Shown: positions 54,155-64,000 of the stretch, piece by piece
How positions within the stretch are numbered: position 1 is the first letter of the stretch
Layout: each line of letters opens with the position of its first letter
NCBI GenBank assembly: GCA_964016885.1
Contig: OZ024741.1
Coordinates: 333,436,001-333,500,000, forward strand
Reading direction: 5' to 3'
Source of the DNA: Eledone cirrhosa
Taxonomy: Eukaryota
DNA length: 64,000 nucleotides
Program-made: the position numbers and the translations under genes
The notes under the pieces: model-generated
The model's database searches: none
What the model was told of the DNA's origin: nothing
Seen by the model: the letters and a program-made list of their open reading frames with translations, nothing else

Positions 54155-55428
54155 CACAAAAAAAAATATGAACTAAAATAAAATAACTCAAATGATCCTA
54201 ATACATGAATTTGGATAGCACTGCCTTACATGACCCATTCTGAGAAGTTAAATAAAAAGCCAGCGGCAATTGTTAGCAGTTCTGTATTAGAAGTAGAGAT
54301 CTTCTTCTTTACCCACTTACTCCCAGGAGGTCATGGGGGCAGGGTCTTTAAACATTCCTATCAGAAGCAACTGTTTCCAATTGATCTCCTAGCAAGACCA
54401 GCCGAGGTCATGGATGTTATGAGGCATTCTAACCACCTGTCCGTAGTATCAGATCTGTAATATTTCAATTCAGCGATAGGTAGATAGATAGATTGATTGA
54501 TAGATAGATAAATAGATTCCTTTTTATTTTTACTTGTTTCAGTAATTAGATTGCAGCCATGCTGGAGTACCATCTTAATTCAATTGATCATATCAACCCC
54601 AGTGTTTATTCCTCAAGTCTGTTACATATTTTATTGATCTCTTTTTTGCTGAACTGCTAAGTTATAGGATATAGATATAGACACAAATGTAAACATAAAC
54701 AGAAAAATACATACATACAACTATACACACATATAGAATGGGCTTCTGTACTAAATTCCACTCACATGGAATTGGTCAGCACAAGTACCACACAGAAGGA
54801 ATAAACCCAATCCCTGAGATTGCAAATCAAACTTCTTAACCAAAATGATACGCCTTCATATAAATCTTTTCAAACTAGATAGCCATTGAGGAGGTCACAG
54901 AATGTGTGACAAAAGAGCTTTGACAAAATAACCAATAATTAATAATAATAAATCTGAAGTAAAAATCAAATACTGCATATTTTATTGGCAAAATTGACAA
55001 AATGACCATTTGTTTCAATACACAATTTCACATCAAGAATCTTCACAAAACAAGTACATAAACATATTTTATATATAATTTTCTTCAAAACTAAATTGTC
55101 CTTATTATAAAATAATACTACAATTATAGTTTATCTGCTTTGAAAATTATTTAGAACTATCTTTTTTTTTCTTATGTTCTGCAGCCAAGGGAAGGACATA
55201 CCTGTATGCAATAGACTTGAAGAATGAAGATGGCCGTAGCACTTACAGAATATACTTTAAAAAGAGAGAGAGAGGAAAAGAACCTTAAGCACTTTCTCAC
55301 AGAGTTGGCAACACTTGTCAGACTGCAATATAGAGAAAGGATACACATACCACATACACACAATTGATGTGAAAGTGGAGGAGGAGGTAGTGGAGACCAG
55401 TGAATGGGTTGGTCGGTTTTAATGAACA

Positions 55429-55667
55429 TTAACCTTTTCATTACCTTTACTGTATTTCTAAGGAAAAACTGCTGAAAACTTTCAAAATCGTTGTGAAAAT
55501 AAACAAACATTTTTGAGGGATTTTATTTGGAATATAACCTAAAGATTCTTACACAAAATTATGATGTTAGTTTTCTTTTAATATAAATATAAACACTTTG
55601 AAATGAACAGCTTTGCATCAGAAAAAACAGGGGAAATTTCAAGTGGTTTGGTATGAAAAGGTTTAAT
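55429..55667. mobile_element. TTAA-flanked MITE (piggyBac-like)
   Basis: Imperfect TIRs ttaaccttttcattacc / ggtatgaaaaggtttaa. Related interiors at about 27370-27520, 31030-31155 and 47233-47560. A similar TTAA-TIR element lies at 51324-51552. Confidence 0.6.
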
Positions 55668-55989
55668 AATGAAAACTACAAAATACACTGATGCGATAAT
55701 TTATCACAAAAATGGACTAAAATTTTATTTGTAAAAGTCTCAAAAATCAGTTCTCGTCCCTTCCACTACGCTTTCACCTCCTACTTTTTCTTCTTCCACA
55801 CATTTGATCTGCTGATGAAGTTCTATATTTAGCCTTCCTCAATGGGACAAAACTTACTCAGGAACCCCATAATGTGCTGTGGACACTAGCTTTAAGGCTT
55901 CAGTGAATCTGTATGTGGCATCATCAATGCTAACAGGATCACTTCTGTTAAACAAATAACAACAAACAAAAAGAAAAAAAAAATCATTT

Positions 55990-56255
55990 CCAGCTCACCA
56001 TCTTCAAAATTTGAGCCATTGATTGAACTCATGCTCAAATACCATTTAAACAATTTGAGTCCTTCATTAATCTTATGCTCAAGTACCATTCTCAAAATTT
56101 GATTCACTGATTGATCTCAGGCTCAAGTACCATCCTCAAAATTTGAGCCATTCATTAATCCTATGCTCATGTAGTACTCTCAATATTTGAGTCATTGAGT
56201 GATCTGAGGCTCAAGTACCATCTTCAAACATTGAGTAATTGATTGAGTCATGCTG
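55990..56255. repeat. Degenerate ~42-bp tandem repeat, about 6 copies
   Basis: ctcaagtaccatcctcaaaatttgagccatt.attaatc.tatg units. Confidence 0.75.
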
Positions 56256-57159
56256 CATCTTTGACCACAGACTGTTATTCTCAACTAAGACAGGGATAAC
56301 TTAAATGAAACCGCCAGTCTATATTTGAGTCGTATTTACTGCTTCTGCTTCAATGGAAGGCAACACACCTTAACTTTCAGTGATATATCATGGTTAATTA
56401 AATGTTGTATATAATTCATCATTCCATTTTCCACGTTCTTAACACTTAATGTCCTGTACCACATGAAACCACATTAGCAAGCCATTCTTGAAAAGTACAA
56501 CTATAACTGCATCACATTAAAATTAAAGTTTTTACATTAGTTTACTGCAAACATTCACAACAATCTATTCTCTTGTAAAGAAACTATAAACATTTGAATC
56601 AACAAACCTGTGTTTAAATATTTTTCTGCTAAATCATTGCAGGATGTTAAGAGTTAAACTTTTTTTTAAATATTAGCTGTGGGAGGTATCTTTGCTAACC
56701 TTAAAGCATATTCAAAGACACACACACAGATTTATATATAAGCTTAACGAACACAGAAAAATACATACACATTTATATATAAGTTTTAAAAAACATAGAC
56801 AAATACACACAAACATATATAAGCTAAACAAATAGAAACACAATAAAATACATACACAAACACATGTACATACACAAAACCAATATGGTCTTAATGATCA
56901 ATTAGATTTAGTTCAAATTATAATACCAGAATAATATGTACAATATAAATATGAATATTAGAAAATAAGATATATGATTATTGCTGTGAATTTTAATTTT
57001 TATTGTTACAATGTCCAGAAGTCCATATTTAGATATATTAAAAGTTGTCTTTCATAATTTAATCTACTTCTGCTACATCAGTATAGTCTTATTTATATTT
57101 CTGTTTACCTGAGTGAAAAAGCCCCAGCATTATTCTATATATACAATGTTATTACCTAG

Positions 57160-57322
57160 ATATATATACAGCAAGTAGCTGTGACAACTGGAGGGAAAGG
57201 AGTTCAAGAGAGTACTTGTATGGTTCCAAACAAGCAGAGTGACAGAATCACAATCGCAACTCATGTAGGTTCTCATCATAAATGGAGCGATGGACAAACT
57301 GGACTATATGAAGAAATAGCAG
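57160..57322 (+). CDS. Probable next coding (cytoplasmic) exon of the protocadherin
   Basis: Acceptor ttacctag|ATA at 57159/57160. Open in phase 0, matching the upstream donor: IYIQQVAVTTGGKGVQESTCMVPNKQSDRITIATHVGSHHKWSDGQTGLYEEIA. Donor GCAG|gtatgc at 57322/57323; alternatively read-through GML* (TAA 57331-57333) followed by two AATAAA. From memory it resembles octopus protocadherin tail segments (W-S-[DE]...Y-E-E-I); not checked by search. Confidence 0.7.
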
Positions 57323-58719
57323 GTATGCTCTAAGATGTTCATTGTCAGAAGAAAAATAAAAAATAAACCGTGTATAATAAATATTTTCACTTCAATAGAA
57401 ACATTGTCTTGGATTTTTCTTTAAATTTTTTGAAATAATCAAAGACATTATTACAGCTTCAAAGCTTTGGTGCAACACTCTTGGCACATCTGCTCAGATC
57501 CATCATGCTATTGGCATTGATTGCCCTTGTGGTTGTTTGGAGAATTGAAATATTTCATTTATCACAAAGCTGTGTTCAGGGCAACCTCTCTTCAATTAGA
57601 ATTAATTACACTGATCACAAGATGAATACATTTTACAATCTAAATATATTAGCAGAAGCATTATTACAGCATGATTCAGAATAGAGGCATATTGTATACA
57701 GAAACATATACAATATGTTTATGTAAATATATATAAATCTCAGTGTAAGTAATTTAAGCTGTGTCTTAACCACATTTTAAAATATTCAAAGTGTGATTTA
57801 TGCATATTTATTGGTATCTGGCGAATTTGTCTAATATAATTTCTAGAAATCAAACCAAAATACAGATCCATATGAGCATGGTGTGGTCTCTGGGCTTGAC
57901 TTCTCTCATTATGCAACAACATGTCTAACCCATACAAGTGCATAAAAAAAACGAACGTCAAATTATGATGATGATGATGATGGTGGTGATGATGAATTTG
58001 TCTAAAGCAATTTGAAGAAACCAAGCCAAAATACAGATCTGTATGAGCAAAACTTGGTCTCTGGACCTGACTTGTGTCATAACATGACAACCCATTTAAC
58101 CCATGAAAGTTTTGAAAATAGACGTTTGATGATGCTGATGATGATTTAGTCAAACACAATTGTCTGAAACATGATTCATCTAAACTCAATTTGTATCAAA
58201 TACAATTCATCTAAATTTTAACGTAATTTATCTATATTCATTTTGTTTTCACCATAAAATAATATATACAGCTGATGTTATCTACACTTTATCTAAAAAG
58301 GAAAAGCAAAGCTTACTTTAGTTTAGAATTCAATCAACTTTTTGTGACCTTCTCTAAATAAATAAATTAGGGATACAACATGAACTATTTAATTTTTAAC
58401 ACAAAACATTCAATGTTACTAACAACTGCATAAACCTGACAACCTACCATATCAAATGTTTAACACTAACAGGGCTGCTGAAAGAATTTCAATTAACCCT
58501 TGATGTAGTTTAATTAATTGTTACTTGTGCAACTTTGTTACTTTTACTCTTTGTTAGATTTAAAGAACAACAACAATATTAATGGTTTCTGATTTAGGCA
58601 AAGTCCAACAATTTTGGGGGGGAGTGGAAGGTGATTAAATCGATCCAGTATGTAAGTGGTTCTTTATTTTATCAAAGCTAACCTTGGCATGATTTGAACT
58701 CAGTATATAAAGGGCCAAT

Positions 58720-58970
58720 GAGCATGCTATCAGATCGTAACATTTCCTTGAAAGAGTTTAGAAAGCTCAGTAAGTATAAAGATCTATCAATTGAAATTGA
58801 GAAAATGTGGCATCTTAAGGCCTGTAAATTACCAGTGATAGTCGGTGTACTTGGAATGATAAAAAAGGGTACTGAAAAAAATTTGGACCTGGAAAGGCAT
58901 CTCTGCAAGATATACAGAAAATAGTGCTGACTGGTACTGCCCATGTCTTGAGAAGAGCATTATCAATTTA
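58720..58970 (+). mobile_element. R4/Dong-like LINE extreme 3' fragment
   Basis: KEFRKLSKYKDLSIEIEKMWHLK...PVIVGVLG...IQKIVLTGTAHVLRRAL. Confidence 0.8.
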
Positions 58971-59024
58971 AAAACTTTCCAAGGACATTTTGCAAGGACA
59001 TTTGTGCCCTTGTGGCATTATTTG

Positions 59025-59818
59025 TGCAGTGAATTGGCAATATCGGTAGAGGATTGGACGCCATGCTTTCTAGCATAGTTACGTCCCTTTACGGTCTGAG
59101 TTCAAATCCCACTGAGGTTAATTTGCCTTTCATCCTTACGGGGTCGATAAAATAAACTACCAGTAATGCACTGGGTAATTGCTGGCCTTGTGCCTAAAGT
59201 TGAAACAATTATTTGTGTGACAATTGATTGTAAAATTATCAAATTATCAAATTTTGCCTCAGGTGCCAGGTTGACACTCGACATGATTTTGGAAAGAAGC
59301 AGAACTCAAAGGAAGATTCAAATAATAATAATTGTTTCTACTTTTGGCAAAAGGCCAGCAATTACCCCAGTGCATTACTGGTACTTTATTTTATCGACCC
59401 TGTAAGGATGAAAGGCAAATTTAACCTCGGCGGGATTTGAACTCAGAACGCAAAGGGCCATAACTCTATGTTTAAAATAATAATGGTTTCTCATTTAGGC
59501 ACAAGGCCAGTAATGTTTTTTGGGGGGAGGGGAAAGTCAATGAAATCGATCCGAGTGAGTGATTGGTACTTTATTTTATTGACCCCGTAAGGATGAAAGG
59601 CAAAGCTAACCTCGGCGAGATTTGAACTCAGAATGTAAAGGGACGTAACTATGCTGTAAACCATGGTGTCTGACTCTCTACTAATTCTGCCAATCTACCG
59701 CCCTCTAATAATAAAAATAATTGTTTCCACTTTTGGCACAAGGCCAGCAATTACCCAGTGCATTACTGGTGCTTTATTTTATCGACCCTGTAAGGATGAA
59801 AGGCAAAGTTAACCTCGT
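59025..59818. mobile_element. SINE family B cluster: one + copy facing three - copies
   Basis: 59025-59210 is (+). 59328-59470, 59480-59705 and 59715-59818 are reverse complements. Confidence 0.85.
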
Positions 59819-61496
59819 TGTTAGTTTAGAGAAATATATTTGTTAATTTTTTAATGATAAAATAAGAAATTAGATAGATTGTGTTAAATGAAATGTGTTT
59901 TAAATTAACTGTGTGAGACAAATTCACCTAGAATCCTGTTTATCATACATAAATATATTGTATATGCTTTCATACATGGCTCTAGCCTGAATATATAAAC
60001 ATTTATCCAAGTACTGATATTGGACATACAAAATGTGTCATATTCTGAGGTTTAATCATAAAGATTCGTGGACATTACACCCTATCAACAGTTAATTCCC
60101 TTTGAGACATAAAATTCTACTTGTATCAATTTACCTACCTAGAAATTGGAATACATTTCTTCAAATGAAAATGAAAATGCAAAATGAGCCTCAGCAGGCT
60201 TTGAACTCAGAATGCAGATATACCTAGATCAAATATCCAGCTCTTTAATGACTCTGCCAAATACAACTGCCTGGGAATAGGGAAAGTTTCATGAATTTAC
60301 ATGTCCTTTCACGGTGGTCACATTAATCTGATGACATCTTTGTAGGGGTGTGTGTATGTTAATCTGATGTCATCATTACAGGGGTGGTTATGTTAAGCTG
60401 TACTGTCCCAATTTTAGAACATGTACTGCCAATCTAGGCTATTTTAAAATTATATAATACACAAATATGCGAAATGAATTGTAGCACAAAGTTCTGAGAG
60501 AAAATCTGAGAGAGAACAGACATATAGTCAAAGAAGACAGGATGAGATTGGGAGATGAGATCAATAATGAAAATGTGGAGAGTATTTGGTACACACACAC
60601 ATACACAAAAAAAGATGACACTAGATGGACTAATCAATGTACAGAATGGAAACAGAGCAGGACAAGTTAATATAACTCTAGTCAATGTTGGACTTCACTA
60701 TAAGCTGAATAAACTATAGATTAGGGTCAAACCTTCGGTGTCTAACACTTTAAAATATAATCTTATTTTATCATTAGTTTTTAATCTTTAGCACTAAATC
60801 ACCAGGAATCATTATTTTATTGACTCCCACAAAGATGAAATACAAAGTTGACATAGGTGGGATTTGGAATAAGAATATAAAATGCAAAAAAACAACAACA
60901 AAAAAACAAAACCTGATGTTTTAACAAATCTGTCAGTTCACCATTTTAGGAACAATAATGGTTTCTAATTTAAGATCATGCATTTTTGTGGGGAATGAGA
61001 TAGGTAGATTATACTGACCTCAGTATTTCACTTGTATTTTATTCTATCGACCATAGAGGTAGGAAATGCAAAGTTAATTTTAGTGAGATTTGAAATCAGG
61101 AGAAGTATTTATCGAATGTCTTAACAAATCTGTCAGCCCATTGCCCGAATAACATCATCATCAACGTCATCAAGATCTACAACAGTATCAATATCAGCAT
61201 CCCATTATTTTTTTTATTGATTTCAGTTTTTAGACTTTGGCCATGGTGAGACCACAAATTTTATAGGTTCCAGTCTATCATATTGAACTCATACAATATT
61301 GCGTGGTACTTATTGAATAACAAAGTTTTCCTCCTCCTCAGTATAAAGGGACACCACTCCTACAGAGTGACTACCACAAAATATTTTGATTTGATGCACC
61401 CATATATTGCTAATCCCTTACTGACCTCACACATACACACACACTCATATATGTGTGTGTGTGTGTGTGTATACGTGTGTGTGTGTGTGTGTATAC

Positions 61497-61534
<38 letters not shown>

Positions 61535-62318
61535 ACACATATATATATATAATTAAAAAAAAGATAGGTGAAGACAACAGAAAAACAGATGAAGCACATA
61601 ATAGTTCCTTCTCATCAGTTGACCTCTGGAGATCCTTGTGGTTTCAGTGCATTAAGGATGATATCATTTAGTTCAGTGCACATACAACAGCTCATATCAC
61701 TAGATCCAGTAACAAATGGACAGGGACACACACATATCTTTATTTTGTAGTTTGTCAAAGTTGATTATGACATTCTTTTTCAGGGTAGCCAGTGATGGGT
61801 ATGTATATAAAGTGAAAAGTTCAATACAAGACTGACAAACTCTACTGCAGATGTTGCATACATTCTATGTTTATGGTCCAGATGGTTGTTGCTGTTGTTG
61901 AACAAGCATTTATTGATGAGAGGACTTAATACTAGGAGTAGAGTCAAATACATATTAAATTGACTCGGACGCCGAGTTTTGCCATAAGTGATTAAATTGT
62001 CCAGAATGTATGATTTATCCTCCTTGTGGCAAAACTTGGCATTTCAGTCAATGCAAGATGTACAATATATATATATATATATATTAAATGTATACAGGTG
62101 TGTTGGACCTCTGGCAATTTCAACTCCGAGTGTTCCAGTCGTTCAAACAATGGAACAATCTGTTCATGAAAATTAACGTGCAAGTGACTGAGTATTCTAT
62201 AAAGACATGCTTCTTAACCTAGGTCTCTGAGTATGTCACCATGACACTGTGTGCACAGATGGATTTTCACCTGGTGAGGCCCTGAACTATAGGAAATTTG
62301 AGGCCCGTCTCTAAAGAA

Positions 62319-62670
62319 ATCATCATCATCATCACCGTTTAACGTCCGTTCTTCCATGCTAGCATGGGTTAGACGGGTTGTCCTGTTGTGGGAAGTGTCT
62401 GGTCGGCTGACCATGCCTTGCTCATACAGGAACTGATTCTGGCTTGATTTCTCAAGCTGGATGCCCTTCCTAACACCAACCTCATTTACAGTGTAGGCTG
62501 GGTGCTTTTTTGCCGTGGCACCTCCACGAACATTTTGCAGTGGGAGGGTGTGGGGGACATATTGTCTATATGCTTCAGCTTCGGCTTGTACCCATGGGAA
62601 GTCGGGTACTCTGTATTACTGCATGATGCCAGAGGTCACAGTCATGTGTCATCGCCTTTGAGAGGTGTAA
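62319..62670 (-). mobile_element. RTE 3'-end / RTE-tailed SINE
   Basis: Same (CAT)n-gtttaacgtccgttcttccatgctagcatgggttagacgg signature as the RTE 3' UTRs. Confidence 0.8.
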
Positions 62671-62833
62671 TTGGGTAAGGTCGGCTTTTATAATTATTAT
62701 TTTTCATATTAATGTTAATTAATGATAAAGAATAAATTATATATACATATATATATATATACATTATGAAGAGAGAAGAAACATTTAGATATAATTAGTA
62801 ATAAAATGTATCATACCTAAACTGCTCCTAAAT

Positions 62834-62923
62834 TCCTCGACTACGCAGTTTCGTGGCATAAACAAAAACAATATATCATAAAGATATAGAGTCCTTGCGA
62901 GGTCTGCCGACTTATCAAGAGGA
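62834..62923 (-). ncRNA. Type I hammerhead, U3:A8 variant, branched stem II
   Basis: Reverse complement of 63645-63734. Confidence 0.8.
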
Positions 62924-63644
62924 TACCTCATTTTACCAGTCTCAAGAACGCGTCTACACGACGTGAGAAAGAATCCCAAAAGGCGGAGGGGGAGATAGTC
63001 ACGCGATATAACGGTCGAGAAACAGAGCTAAGCCTCTTATAACCCCGAAGAAAATACCACGGAGGCGGAGGGGGTATTTATATCGAGGCCGTAGAAGAGG
63101 TGGTGAAGAAGGCGAGAAGTATGAGTAATGGAAGCTTTCCAGCTGTCCCCACACTTCAAAGATTGCTCGACCAGAGGGAGTTATTAACAATATATTTAGA
63201 AACACACAGATACATGCGGACACACACATATATACATGAATGCATCCGCACCCAACTGTGAGTTAAGGGTGCCAACTTCACCGATGTTGCTCAATGAATG
63301 ACTGGGACAGACCAATTCAGTTGAACTAGACTGAACCAGTATCAGAGTTAAAAATACATTATGAAGAGAGAAGAAACATTTAGATATAATTAGTAATAAA
63401 ATGTATCATACCTAAACGGGGACAGCTGGAAAGCTTCCATTACTCATACTTCTCGCCTTCTTCACCACCTCTTCTACGGCCTCGATATAAATACCCCCTC
63501 CGCCTCCGAGGTATTTTCTTCGGGGTTATAAGAGGCTTAGCTCTGTTTCTCGACCGTTATATCGCGTGACTATCTCCCCCTCCGCCTTTTGAGATTCTTT
63601 CTCACGTCGTGTAGACGTGTTCTTGAGACTGGTAAAATGAGGTA

Positions 63645-63734
63645 TCCTCTTGATAAGTCGGCAGACCTCGCAAGGACTCTATATCTTTATGATATATTGT
63701 TTTTGTTTATGCCACGAAACTGCGTAGTCGAGGA
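63645..63734 (+). ncRNA. Type I hammerhead, U3:A8 variant, branched stem II
   Basis: UCCUC-UUGAUAA-GUcGGCA...[internal hairpins]...UGCCAC-GAAA-CUG(CG)UAG-UC|GAGGA. GUC triplet. Confidence 0.8.
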
Positions 63735-63967
63735 ATTTAGGAGCAGTTTAGGTATGATACATTTTATTACTAATTATATCTAAATGTTTCTTCTCTCTTC
63801 ATAATGTATTTTTAACTCTGATACTGGTTTAGTCTAGTTCAACTGAATTGGTCTGTCCCAGTCATTCATTGAGCAACATCGGTGAAGTTGGCACCCTTAA
63901 CTCACAGTTGGGTGCGGATGCATTCATGTATATATGTGTGTGTCCGCATGTATCTGTGTGTTTCTAA

Positions 63968-64000
<33 letters not shown>

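Larger units (their letters stand above)
62761..63974. mobile_element. Young non-coding HHR-bearing element with tandem plus inverted architecture (Penelope pLTR/retrozyme-like)
   Basis: Block order A B C D A | B' A' D': A 62761-62822 = 63356-63417; B 62823-63150; D 63189-63355; B'A'D' 63418-63974. (TA)n on both sides and about 4 mismatches between arms. Confidence 0.8.

Noticed and set aside
55185-55290. Strong-looking splice acceptor (tttttcttatgttctgcag) as an alternative Pcdh exon
   Set aside because: Phase 0 reading stops after 9 codons (PREGHTCMQ*) with no Pcdh-like content. It cannot be supported without RNA data.
61784-61798. Possible third Pcdh micro-exon (ttctttttcag|ggtagccagtgatgg|gtatgt)
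   Set aside because: In the required phase 1 it gives an immediate stop, and there is no other support.
62785-63783. Duplicated 64-76-aa ORFs in the terminal inverted element
   Set aside because: No recognisable domain and non-ATG starts. They overlap the HHR and are duplicated only because of the inversion.
62761-63974. Terminal inverted duplication as a pure assembly artefact
   Set aside because: The arms differ at about 4 positions and the permuted A-B-C-D-A/B'-A'-D' order with TA flanks is biologically coherent. Long reads are still needed to exclude it.

Overview
This is an AT-rich, microsatellite-dense animal genomic window. The protocadherin architecture and the SINE/RTE repertoire point to a coleoid cephalopod, probably an octopus (inference). 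It holds one host gene, a protocadherin on the + strand. Its six cadherin repeats, TM helix and proximal tail lie in one large exon (40655-43078). A likely cytoplasmic exon 14 kb downstream (57160-57322) is missed by the ORF track, and there are probable 5'-UTR exons near 38 kb. The rest is repeats: a 50-bp satellite, RTE, CR1, R4/Dong, CRE and Penelope fragments, SINEs, a Helitron and MITEs. The main hidden signal is that short unique islands between (TA)n tracts repeatedly carry type I hammerhead ribozyme (HHR) folds. I read about a dozen with intact or covarying cores plus several degenerate copies, in several unrelated sequence families and often inside foldback structures. Three families use a compensatory U3:A8 pair in place of C3:G8. 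A young 1.2-kb element at 62761-63974 has a 595-nt permuted unit plus an inverted copy, with one HHR in each arm. This looks like a set of (TA)n-associated non-autonomous Penelope/retrozyme-like elements. All calls were made by eye, with no database search or folding software.
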